Shown one piece after another: positions 52,041 through 63,249 of a DNA stretch of 64,000 nt. The notes under the pieces are model-generated. The model was not told where the DNA came from and did not search any database. It was given only the letters and a program-made list of their open reading frames with translations. The DNA is from Hypanus sabinus (taxonomy: Eukaryota). The translations under genes were made by a program, and so were the position numbers. The stretch's first letter is position 1. The number at the start of each line of letters is the position of its first letter. Location: contig NW_026781175.1 in the NCBI RefSeq assembly GCF_030144855.1, positions 248,001 to 312,000 of the forward strand, given 5' to 3'.

Positions 52041-53700
52041 ATCCTGGGTGATTGGGGTTTTTAATGATGGATGCCGCTTTTTTGAGGCATCTCCTCGAAG
52101 ATGTCTTGGATATTACGGAGGCTATTGCCCATAATGGAGTTAACTAGATTCACAAATACCAGCAATGTATTTTGAACTTGTGCAGTAGCCACAGCCAATA
52201 TAACATATTCCCATCACATAATGTACCAGTTGGTGATGCGGACAGTTAGAATGATATCCACAGTACATCACTAGGAATTTGCGAGTATTTCTCGAAATGC
52301 TCCAAATCGCCTAACACTCACAATGAAAAATAGCCTTTTATAACTGGCTTTCCTTATAACTGCATCGACGTGCGGCCAAAAGGTAGGTCTTCAACGATAT
52401 TAACACCCAGTAACGAAGTAGCTCACTCTCTCCACTTCTGTTCTTTCTGTGAGGATTGGTTCGATTTCCCTTGACTTACCCTTCCTGTCGTCATAAGCAT
52501 CTGTCTGGTCTTACTGATGTTGAGTGCAAGACTATTGCAACATCCTTGAACTATATGTTGTATCTAACTCCCGCACGCCTTTTTGCGACAATCTGAGTTT
52601 AAGCCAACTACGGTTGTATCATCAACAAATGTATAAATGGCAGTTAAGCTGTTCTTAGCCAGAGGTTCATGGGTGTAAAGAGAGAACAGTGGACTAACCA
52701 CACATCCCTGAGCTGCGCCAGTGTTGAATGTCAGTGAGATGGAAATGTTATTTCCAATCGGCACCGATGGTCTGGTCAGGAAGTCGAAGATCCTCATCAG
52801 GGAGCGGTCCAGAAACTTTGGTCCTGTAGCATTTCTAACTGAATTGTAGGAATGATAGAGTCAAATATTGAGATGTAGTGAATGAACCTAAGGGTTCGCA
52901 TTATCGAGGCTCCAAGGCAGCACTGAGAGCCATTACGGTCGACTCTGCCATAGACCTATTGTGGCGATGTGCAATTTGAGTGTGTGCAAGTCCTTGCTGA
53001 GCCAGGAGTTCATTCCAGCCATAACCAATCTGTCACAGCATTTTATCACAGCAGATGTGAGTGCTACTGGGCGATAGTCATTATGGCAGCTCACCGTGTT
53101 CTTGGTCACTGGTAAACGTGTTGGCCTTTTGAAGCAGGCGGCTACTTCCAGATGTACTAATGAGAGAGTGGAAATGTGTATAAACACCCGAGCCAGCTGG
53201 CGGGCACAAGTTTTCACATCGTCACCAAGTATTCCATCGGGCCTTTCACCCTCCAGGTAGACAACCTTTTGTCGACCTCCGAGACAGAGATCAAAAGGTC
53301 ACCGGATGCTGTAATTTTACTCTCCCTTTCAAAGCATGCGTGGCCGGCAGGCATTACTGCCATTCGTGGTAATGCTTCGCTTTGTAGGAAGTATTGGCAT
53401 GCAATCTCTGCCAGAGATGACGTGCATTTAATGTCACTGTCCACCGTGCTTCGAATTCTTCCGCAGATCTTGAAGTAGCCCTCCGAATGTCACACTTGGT
53501 ATTCTTGTTCAGCCCAAGGTCGCCTGATTTAAATGCCACAGACCTATCCCTCAGCAGACTTCAAAACTCTTGGTTCATCCATTGCTTTTGATTCGTGTAT
53601 ACTCATACTGATACAAGCAGATTTTAATGAAGTCTGTGACAGCAGTGATGTATTCGTTCAGACTCAATGTTGAATCACTGAATACAGTTCAGTCCACTGG
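52040..53700 (-). mobile_element. Rex1/Babar LINE (degenerate)
   Basis: [35 protein letters not shown] and FVDDTTVVGL. Confidence 0.9.
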
Positions 53701-53762
53701 AAGAATAAGCTCTGGCGACCTGTCTCTCTGTGTCCTTCACCCTCACTCTCTCTCATCTCCAG

Positions 53763-53933
53763 GCTGGAGAAAGTTGATCTCACAGCTTCTGGTGTCGAGG
53801 ATCTCGTATCCGCTCTCAATATAAACAAATCACTGACGGGACTGAACCTGAGTGACAATAACCTGGGAGATTCGGGAGTGAAACTATTGATTGCAGCTTT
53901 GTGGAAACCCAAGTGTAATATAAAGAAACTGTG
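53763..53933 (+). CDS. NLR LRR exon (171 nt)
   Basis: CTCCAG|...|GTAAGT. Encodes [57 protein letters not shown]. Confidence 0.92.
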
Positions 53934-54076
53934 GTAAGTACCAGATTGTGGGAGATTGCGTTTACTGTCACTGGATGTCTGACACTGAGCATTATTTGTG
54001 TTACCGATAAACACTGGGGATTTGTACCGTCTCCTGTCTCTCTGTGTCCTTTACCCTCACTCTCTCTCATCTCCAG

Positions 54077-54247
54077 GCTGAGGTATATCGGTCTCACAGA
54101 TTCTGGTGCCGAGGATCTTATGCCCGCTCTCAGTACAAACCCATCACTGACGGAGCTGTACCTGAGTGATAATAAAATTGGAGATTCAGGAGTGAATCTG
54201 GTGTCTGAGGCTCTGAGGAACCCGGAGTGTAAAATACAGAAACTGTG
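54077..54247 (+). CDS. NLR LRR exon (171 nt)
   Basis: CTCCAG|...|GTAAGT. Encodes [57 protein letters not shown]. Confidence 0.93.
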
Positions 54248-54402
54248 GTAAGTACCAGACTGTGGGAGATTGTGTTTACAGTCACTGGGTGTCTGAAACT
54301 GAACATTAATGTGATCAGTAATTGTGTTACTGATAAACTCTGGGGATTTGTACCGTCTCCTTTCTCTCTGTGTCCTTCACCCTCACTCTCTCTCATCTCC
54401 AG

Positions 54403-54570
54403 GCTGAGGGGTGTCGATCTCACAGATTCTGGTGCCAATGGTCTCATCTCCGCTCTCAGTACAATTGGATCACTCACGGAGCTGGACCTGAGTTACAACT
54501 CGCTCACAGACCAATTTGTCTCCGCTCTCCACCACTTCATCCTGACTCATCCGAGGCTGATGCTGATATG
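54403..54570 (+). CDS. NLR LRR exon (168 nt)
   Basis: CTCCAG|...|GTAAGT. Encodes LRGVDLTDSGANGLISALSTIGSLTELDLSYNSLTDQFVSALHHFILTHPRLMLIW. Confidence 0.92.
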
Positions 54571-54731
54571 GTAAGTGTGCTAATGCTCAATGTGATAAAA
54601 TACCAGCGGATCCGCGGGTTTTCTGGTGATATTTGTCTGTCAGTGTTGTGGAAACAATAAACCCCAGTCACCTGTTACTGATACTGTTGTGTAATTTGGT
54701 TATTTCATCTTTATTCCTCTAACTGTTTCAG

Positions 54732-54819
54732 GCTGCGGTGCAATCGTTTCAGTGAAATCAGGAAGAAGGAAATGAAATCGCTGGGAGAATCCAAATATGG
54801 ACTACAAGTGGACATCTGA
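54732..54819 (+). CDS. NLR terminal coding exon
   Basis: TTTCAG| acceptor. Encodes LRCNRFSEIRKKEMKSLGESKYGLQVDI*. Confidence 0.88.
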
Positions 54820-54924
54820 ATTCCTGAACATTCCCGCCCGTGGGATGGGGATATTTTGGCTGATTCCCGCACTCCGCTTAATTGATCACTCTCCCCTTTA
54901 ATTCCCAACGATTATAAGAGATGT

Positions 54925-55445
54925 TAAATCCAATTCTCATCCCAATATGTCAATCCACAGTTTCCTTGATGAGGCCTCAACTAGGTTTGAGGAACAACAC
55001 CTGGGTAGGATCCAAACTGCTGGATAGAACATCGATTTAACAAGCACCAGCCACATCCCCTTCACCAATCCCTGTCCCCTTTTTCCTCTCTCATCTTACT
55101 TCCTGGCTTGCCCATCACCTTTCTAGGGCGTCCGTTCCCGTTTTATTTCTTCCATCACATTCTGTCCTCTCCTATTGGGTTCCCCATTCTCTAGCCTACA
55201 TCTCTTTCACCTAACAACGCAGATCTTTATTTTACTCACCTCTCCCCCTGTTTTAACTATAACCATGTGTTTCTCCCTCCCTTTTCCCCACCTTCCAACT
55301 CTGACCCCATTGTTTCCCTGTCCTGATGAAGTGTCTCGGCCTGAAACGTCGGCTGTACTCTTTACCACAGATGCTGCCTGTGCTTGACTTTTGTGTTCCT
55401 CCACTATTCTGTGTGCATTTCCAGAATCAGCGGATTTACTTTTGC
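54925..55445 (+). mobile_element. PLE 3' end/pLTR just downstream of the NLR stop
   Basis: GIY-YIG tail remnant (EEQHL), pyrimidine-rich UTR and pLTR. Confidence 0.82.
55320..55354 (+). ncRNA. Minimal hammerhead ribozyme motif (PLE pLTR)
   Basis: GUC-CUGAUGA-A-GUGUCUCGGCCU-GAAA-CGUC/GGC. The core is intact and helix II is weakened. Confidence 0.6.
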
Positions 55446-55869
55446 TTGTAACGGGCCCTGGCTCCTGCCTCGGTCTATGACATCAAAGGAGGTCCCACAA
55501 GCGTAATCCTGCTTGCTGTTCAGCGACACTTCTTCCTCTGAATGTCCGGATCCGAGTGCTCCCGAAATTAGGCCCTGAGGAATTATACAGACAGGAATGG
55601 GCCGGGGGTATGGCACAGCCTGGGACACCAGTGTCCTTGGATGGGATTATCCGCGGAGGGAATCTTATGCTCACTTTGGGCCAAGGACGGTATACTGAGC
55701 AATCTGGACGACATAATTATTTAAATTGACAAATACCTCGGTAGTGAGCTTGGGTCTACAGTGATACCGGACACGGTCCTGACGTGGAGAATGATGGTGA
55801 GAAAAAGAACTGGTTATTCAAACTGTCACTCGCTGTCGCCAGTCAGTTAATTGTGTGTGATTGTGATAG

Positions 55870-57070
55870 TATCATAAGAACATGGGAATAGGAGCAGGAG
55901 TAGACCAACTGGCCCAAAACTGTTCCGCCATTCGATAAGATTATGACTGATGTGGCTATGGCCTCACCCCCACCTATCTGCATTTTCCGCGTACCCTATC
56001 CATTCCCCAACTATGGAAAAATGTATCCAACCGTGCCTGAAATATATTGACTGATGTACCCTCCAATGCTTCATTGGGCAAATAGTTTCACAGATTCATG
56101 ACTCTCTGGAAAAAGCAGTTCCGCCTCATCTCCATCCTAAAACTACTCCCTGGAATCTTGAGGCTATATCCACTAGTTATGGTCTCACCTATCAGAGGGA
56201 ACAGTTTCGCCTTTATCTTATCTATCACTTCCATATAAGATCTCCTTTCATTCTTCTGAATACCAGCGAGTACAGTCCCAGGCAGCTCAAACTGTCCTCA
56301 TAGTCTAAACTCTTCATCTCTGGATCAACCTGGTGAACTTCCCCCGCACTGTCTCCAAAGCCAGTATATCCTTCTTCAATTAAGGAGACCAGAAAAGCGT
56401 GTAGTACTCCCGGTGCGGCCTCACCTGCACCGGTACCCTGCACAGCTGCAGCATAAACTACCCCTCCCCCGCCCCAGCTATTCAGCTTAAAGCTGAATAG
56501 TTATGGGAATGGCTACGATCATGGTCCCATCACGGTTCAAGTGAAGCCCGTCCTATTAGTACAGCTCCCACCTTTCCTAAACCTTTGACATGTTCCCGTG
56601 AATTCAGATTCACTTCTCCCAGACCAATCCTGGAGCCGGGCATTTAACTCACTAACCTTCTTGACCCTATGCCAATTTGCATCTGGCTCAGAGATTACCA
56701 CCATTTTGGTGCTTTTTTTTTGAAATTTAGTCCCTAGCAGCTCAAATTCTCTCAGCATACCTCTTACCTCGTTTTTCCTATGTCGTTGGCACTCACACGG
56801 ACCACGACAACGGGAGCTTTCCCCACCCACTGCAATTCCTCTGCAGGTTTGATAAGATGTCCCGAACCCGGGCACCAGGCCGGCAACATAACCTTCTGGA
56901 CTCTTTATCCTTGCGACCGAGAACTCTGTCAATTCCACTGACTATACCACCGCATTTCTCTTCTCTCCCACCTCCCCAACCCCCTTGAATAGCTCCTTGA
57001 ACTACGGTGCCACCGTTAGGTTGCTCATCCTTCCTACAGTCCCCGTAATCTACACAGGGAGCAAGAATCT
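55870..57070 (-). mobile_element. CR1 fragments (3' end at 55870-56450, ORF1 at 56510-57070)
   Basis: LGLYSLVFRRMKGDLI and ELNARLQDW motifs on the minus strand. Confidence 0.85.
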
Positions 57071-57075
57071 GAGAC

Positions 57076-57205
57076 CAACACGTACAAACAAGCTGGATGA
57101 ACTCAGTAGGTCGGGCAGCATTCGTTAACCGCTCCTGTCAACTGCTGAGTTCCTGAGTTCATCCAGCTTGTTTGTACGTGTTGATTTGACCACAACATCT
57201 GCATT
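57076..57205. mobile_element. Palindromic PLE-derived mini-element with perfect 31-bp inverted arms
   Basis: 57076-57106 is the exact reverse complement of 57153-57183. It has the same TTTGACCACA.CATCTGCA tail as 46651-46870. Confidence 0.88.
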
Positions 57206-57447
57206 TGATCGATCTGTGGCCATCTATTGCAAAAAAAAAATACACAACGAAAATCGCCAGCAATGATTCTGGGGATAGTGACTGTGTTCAGCTGGTTCAG
57301 GACCACTTACTGGTATTTTCTGTCTTCACAGTATTATACAATGATAATTACTCCATTTATCTGTCCTTATCTTTCTCGATGCAAACGAACATATTCAATT
57401 GCATCCTCACTTCTGTAAATTCCATTCCTGCTGGTTCTCCTGACTAA

Positions 57448-57786
57448 ACACAAACAAAAATTGTTGGTGGAACGCAGCAGGTCAGGCAGCATCTATAAGG
57501 AGAAGCATTGTCGACGTTTCGTCAGGACTAAGTGAAAGAAGAGATAGTAACAGATTTGAAAGTGGGAGGGGGAGAGGGAAATCCGAAATGATAGAAGACA
57601 GGAGAGGGAGGGATGGAAGCTGGAAAGTTGATTGGAATACGAGGCTAGAGAAGGGAGAGGATCACGGGACGGGAGGTCGAGGGAGAAAGAAAGGGGGAGG
57701 GGAGCCTAGAGAATGAGCAAGGAGTTATAGTGAGAGAGACAGAGGGAGAAAGAGAAAGAAAAGGGGAATTATTATTATTATTAGTA

Positions 57787-57819
<33 letters not shown>

Positions 57820-58285
57820 TGAGGGATGGGGTAAGAAGGAGAGGAGGGGCATTAACGGAAGTTAGAGAAGTCAATGTTCATGCCATCAGGTTGGAGGCTA
57901 CCAAATATAAAGAGTTCCTCCAACTTGAGTGTGGCTTCATCTTGACAGTGGAGGAAGCGATGGATAGACATATCTTAATGGGAATGTGACGTGGAATCAA
58001 AATGTGCGGCCATTGGGAGATCCTGCTTTCTCTGGCGGACAGAGCGTAGGTGTTCAGCGAAACGGTCTCCCAGACTGCGTTGGTTCTCGCCAATATAGAT
58101 AAGGCCGCATCGGGAGCACCGGACGCAGTATATCATCCCAGCCGGCTCAGGTGAAGTGTCGCCTCACCTGGAAGGACTGTCTGGGGCCCTGAATGGTGGT
58201 GAGGGACAAAGTGTAAGGTTGGAGGAACAACACCTTATATTCGGTCAGGGTGGGCTTGAATTACGAGCATCTGCAGATTTCCTTC
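57448..58285 (-). mobile_element. Penelope-like element 3' part (GIY-YIG plus pLTR) with (TTA)n/(TAA)n tract and short inverted segment
   Basis: Minus strand encodes IYCVRCSRCGLIYIGENQRSLGDRFAEHLRSVR. Confidence 0.92.
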
Positions 58286-58289
58286 TGAA

Positions 58290-60070
58290 TGGATTAAATC
58301 TCGGGCATGTTTTAGTCACCAGCAGAGGTCGCCGGAGACTCCAGTGTGCTGGCAAGGCGAAGTCTGCCAGGGACTCAGAGATGGAAAGCCACAGGAAACC
58401 CCTGTTGAAAAGAGGTTATTACGGACTGCAAGTAACTGAAGGTAACATTTAAGCACGAAATCAGGAGGGTCAAAAGGGGGCACGATGTTGCCTTAGCAGA
58501 TCCTCAGGGATGCTGCAGATATGTTAAGAGGAAAGGGATTGCAAGGGACAGACTTGGTCCTCTGGGAGATCTGAATGATAAACTGTGTGTGCAGCCAAAA
58601 GGATACATTTAGTGTCCATCTGTAGTTACTCAGGATATGGAGAGAACGTCTACAGAGGTAAGGTAAAACGACACCAACCTCATGGGCCATACACATTAGA
58701 GAGGAGTTGCTTGCTGCCTCGAGGTAAATTAGGGGGATCAATCTCCAGGACCTGACAAGGTGCACCCTCCGACCCTGCAGTAGGCAAATGCAGAAAATAT
58801 CGGGTGCTAGCAGAGTTATTAAATCATCCTTCGACCAGAGGATTGCAGGATAGCCGATGTTGCTCCTCTGTTTAAGAAAGGCTTTAAAACAAACAATGTA
58901 ATTACAGGCCGTTGAGCCTGTTATCATTGGTGGGGAAACTATTGTAAATTTATTGTAAGTGACCGGATGTATGAGTATTTGGATAGACATGGACTGATTA
59001 AGGAGTGTCAGCATGGCTTATTTTGTAGTAACTCATGTCCAATCACTGTTATAGAGTAGTTCGATGAAGGCAAGGCGGTAGATGTTGTCTACACGGGTTT
59101 TAGGAAAACATTTGACAATATCCCGCATAGGAAGTTGTAAAAGGAGGTTCAGTCACTCGGCATTCAATATGAGGCAGTAAAGTGGATGAGATATTTCCTT
59201 TGTTGGAGAGATCAGAGAGTGGTAGCCGATGGTTGTCTTTCTGACTGGAGGCCTATGTTAGCGGAGTGTCGCAGGGATCGCTGCTACGTCCTTTACTGTT
59301 TACATCTATATCAACGATCGGGATTATAATGCGGTGAACTGGATCAGCAGATTTGAGGATAACGCCAAGCTTGGAAGTGTGGGCGGCAGTGAGGAATACT
59401 GCAATGTCTGGACCACCTGTAAAAATGTCGACACGGATGAATGGGGTCTCAGAGGAAGTTTTCCGACATTGTCCTTCATCTATCAACGTACGGAGAACAG
59501 GAGATGGGATGTTACGTTGAAGTTGTGGTGCAGCCTAATATGAAGTGTTGATCGCAGTTCTGGCCAGCTACCTACAGGGAAGATGTAACTCAGCCGGAAA
59601 GAGAGCAGAGAAAGTTTACAGGAATCTGGCCGGCTCTGGATGACCTGAGTTATAGAGGAATATGGAATAGATTAAAATTGTATTCATTAGAATATAGAAG
59701 ATTGAGAGGAAATTTGATAGCGGTATACACAATTATGAGAGTTATAGATAGGGTAAATGAAAACTGGCTTTTTCCACTAATGTTGGTGGGACCACAACCG
59801 GAGGTGATGGGTTAAGGGTGAAAGTTGAAGAGATGAAGTGGACCATGATGTGAGACTTCCTCAGCCCGAGGGTCGTGAGAGTGTGGGACGAGTTGCCAGC
59901 ACAAATGTTGGATGCGAGCTCGATCTCATCGTTTGAGATAGTTTAGAAGATCGCTATATGGTGGATATGGTCTCGGTGCAGGTCGACGGGAGTAAGGCAG
60001 GTTAAATGGCTCGGCCGAAGGTCCTTTTTCTGTGCTGTACTATTCTCTGACACTTTAACTCTATGACTCT
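58290..60070 (+). mobile_element. Degenerate CR1 ORF2 plus 3' end
   Basis: NYRPLSL, GVSQGS and SRFEDNAK motifs, with CTATGACT tail. Confidence 0.88.
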
Positions 60071-60199
60071 GAGTGCTTGGTCGCTGATTCATAACAGTCC
60101 ACCCGATTGATTACTCAATAAATTCGAAATAAATTTCTGATGTTGAATTATTCACACTTAAATTCGCTAAGGATATTCGCGGATATACTTGTATACGGT

Positions 60200-60360
60200 T
60201 CGACGTCGTTTCAAACTGCCCCGCTTCCTGCCCCAAACGCTCCCTCTCACCGATCTGTGAAGAGGCCGGATGATTCATGTTCGAGGTCGTTTCAAACTGC
60301 CCCGCCTCCTGCCCCAAACGCTCCCTCTCACCGATCAGTGAAGACGCCGGATGAGTCATT
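60200..60360 (+). promoter_or_regulatory. Two ~80-bp direct repeats with ETS-, AP-1- and GC-box-like motifs
   Basis: TCG..GTCGTTTCAAACTGCCCCGC.TCCTGCCCCAAACGCTCCCTCTCACCGATC.GTGAAGA.GCCGGATGA.TCAT occurs twice. TGAGTCA is at ~60352. Confidence 0.55.
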
Positions 60361-60667
60361 GCTTTGGAACTGGTGGGTTGTTGTTTTGTGAGACTCGGAG
60401 CTCAGGAATGTTTCTGTTATCAGCTGTCTGGACCCGCACATTCTTCAGAACAGGGAGCGGCCTTTCGGACTGATATCAAATCCTACCGGTTCCGCCACTA
60501 ACTCTCATTCGGGCGTGAGCAACGTCACTTTAATATTGTGCTTTACTATTTCTGCTGCAGGGAAGAGCGATTGAATTTTTAACGTGATTTAAAGAAAACT
60601 GCCTGGGGTCCTTGAACCCACAAGGTTACGGTGACAACTGGTGCCTGTTTGCAGCGAGTTTCCCGCA

Positions 60668-60905
60668 TTTTACTTTTACTTCAGACTCTAATCATCTGCA
60701 GCTTTTAAATATATAAATTTAGTTTAATTTAAATTTAATCTAATTTAGTTTTATTTTTTAATTTAATTTTACTTTTACTTTAGACTCCAATCATCTGCAG
60801 CTTTTAAATATATAAATTTAATTTAAATTTAATGTAATTAAGTTTTATTTTTTAATTTAATTTTACTTCAGACTCCAATCATCTGCAGTTTTTAAATATA
60901 TATAA
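60668..60905. repeat. AT-rich ~90-100-bp tandem repeat, 2.4 copies
   Basis: AGACTC.AATCATCTGCAG.TTTTAAATATATA at 60683, 60782 and 60870. Confidence 0.9.
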
Positions 60906-63249
60906 ACTACAAATGCCGGGTCTGGAGCAGCTGAGTAAAAGGAAGGACTGAATAGGTTCAAAATTTATTCCTTTGAGCGAAGAAGATCGACAGGAGATCT
61001 GACAGAGGTAGACAAAATTATGTGGGGTAGAGAGAGGGTAAATGCCAGAAGTCGTTTTCGACTGAGGTTGGGTGGAGCTACAAGCAGAGGTCATGGTTTA
61101 AGGGTTGAAGATGAAACGTTTAAGAGGAACATGACAGGAAACATCTTCACTCAGAGAGTCGTGAGAGTGCGGAACAAGCTTCCAGCTACACGTGTTACAT
61201 GCGAGTTCGATTTCAACCATTAACGGACAGTTTCGATGGGAACCCCGGTATAGCTCGACTGGATTAGGTAGTTTAAATGGCTCAGCCGAAAGGCCTGTTT
61301 TGGTGTTGCTCTTTTCCATGTCTCCGTGATCGTAAATTCATAGCAAATACCACCAGTTGATTAAATACAGATCGGAAAACATTATCAGGTTTAATTATTC
61401 ACACCTTAATTCCCATAGAATATACTAACACCTAGGATATGGTATGAAGTTGTTACACAGTGACCCTACCCACTGCACCACAGACTCCCTCTCTCAGACC
61501 TTTCGTATCCATGGTAACACACTAAATGCTGGGGACGCACAGCAGAACCGGCAGCACCGATGCAACTGAGGTCGAGGTTTCGTACCGAGACCCTTCAGTG
61601 GGGCAGGAAAGGAAGGAAGGGGGGAAGACTTTAGATTATTGATTGATTCGGAAGATGCGGGCTGTTGCTTTGTGAAACTCGGAGCTCAGGTATGTTTGGA
61701 AGCAGGTGTATGGTCCCGCATTCCTCAGAAAAGGGAGCGGCCTTTCTGCTGAAATCGATTCCAACCAGTTCGACGATTCACTCTCATTCGGCTGTGAACG
61801 AAGTCAGTTTACTATTGTGTTTAACCAGTTCTGCTGCAGGGAGGAGTGATGGAATCTTCAGCGTAATTTAAAGGAAACCTGGGGTCTCGAAACCGCATCG
61901 AAAATGCCGGTGACATTTACAGCAGTCTTTGCAGAGAGGTTCCAGCATTTCATTTTTACCTCAGACTCGCATCATCTGCAGTGCAACTAAATATATAAAA
62001 ACATATTTTAGAACTTTTAAATAAAATAATAGATATGGAGGACCTGAGTTATGGGGACAGTTTGAATAGATTCGAAATTTATTCCTTTGAACGAAGAGGA
62101 TCGAGAGGAGGTCTGACAGAGGTAGACAAAATTATGAGGGGTATAGATATAGTAAATGCAAGCAGTCGTTTTCCACTGAGGTTGGGTGGAGCTACAAGCA
62201 GAGGTCATCGTTAAGGTTTGAAAAGTTTAAAAGGAACATGACGGGAAACATCTTGACTTAGTGGGTCGTGAAAGCGTGGAACGAGATGCCAGCTACACGT
62301 TACATTCGAGTTCTATCTCTGCCTCAGAGAGACTGCTTGGATGAAAGAGGTATGGAGGGATTTAACCCAGGTGGAGCTCGATGGGATTGGGCAGATTAAG
62401 AGGCGCAAACGAAAGGCCTGTTTTCGTGTTGTACTTTTCCATTTCTCTGTGATCACTAATTCATAGCAGAGGAAACGGGTTTATTAAAATAAAGATTCGA
62501 AATCATTAATTATTCACAGCTTAATTCCCGAAGAATATTCTAAAACCTGGGATATGATTTGAAGTTGTTTCACAGTGACCCTACCCACAGCCCCACACGC
62601 TCCACCTCGCAAATCTTTCGTAACCATGGTAACACACAGAATGCTGGGGAATCTGAGCAGGACCGGCATCATCTATGTCACTGAATAATCAGTCGAGGTT
62701 TCGAGCCGAGACCCTTCAGTGGAAAAGGAACGGGGGGGGGGGGTCGTCTGATCGTTGATTGATCTGGAAGATGCGGGTTGTTGTTCGGTGAAACTCGGAG
62801 CTCAGGTACTTGTAGAAGCAGATGCTTGGACCCGCATACTAGACAAAACAGGGAGCGGCCTTTCTGCTGAAATTAAATCCGACCTGTTTGACAGTTCACT
62901 CTCATTCAGGTGTAAAAACACAAACTTGTATGATATAGTTAATCATTCCTGCTGCAGGGAAGAGCGACGGAACCTTTGGTGAGACAGAAAATGCCTAGGA
63001 CCTCCAACTCGCAATGATACCAGTTAGAGTTCCCGTTCTGTTTGTTGCGAGTTTCCTGCATTTTACTTATTACCTCTGGCTTCCATCATCTGGTTGTTCT
63101 ACAAATATTTTCACAATTCCTTTAAATTAATCTGTCTGTGGCATCCCTAACTTGGACATTCTTAATAAAATAAACATTAACTTTGCTATGGAATATCCAC
63201 CGTTTCCAGTTACAGTTACCACTAACCTTCTCAAAGTTGTTAATATAAC

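Larger units (their letters stand above)
45160..54819 (+). pseudogene. NLR (NACHT-LRR, NLRC3/NLRP-like) gene with disabled NACHT exon and intact 3' LRR exons
   Basis: Altered Walker B LLFIFDVFDEF, sensor-1 region SVLVTSRPTA, SIQEF and LLKTLHYLFESEN. Walker A is absent. Internal deletion near 45433, frameshifts near 45515 and 45613. RI-type LRR exons follow. Confidence 0.92.
60070..63120 (+). repeat. Module C: three tandem ~1.1-1.3 kb copies (CR1 tail, promoter-like region, donor/acceptor pair)
   Basis: ACTCGGAGCTCAGG at 60393, 61677 and 62793. TCTGCTGCAGGGA-like acceptor at 60560, 61839 and 62957. Confidence 0.9.

Noticed and set aside
3601-62580. CACAGTG/CACTGTG heptamers as V(D)J recombination signals
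   Set aside because: None of those checked (3601, ~10335, ~16912, 21486, ~37110, ~61457, 62571) has an ACAAAAACC-like nonamer at 12 or 23 bp.
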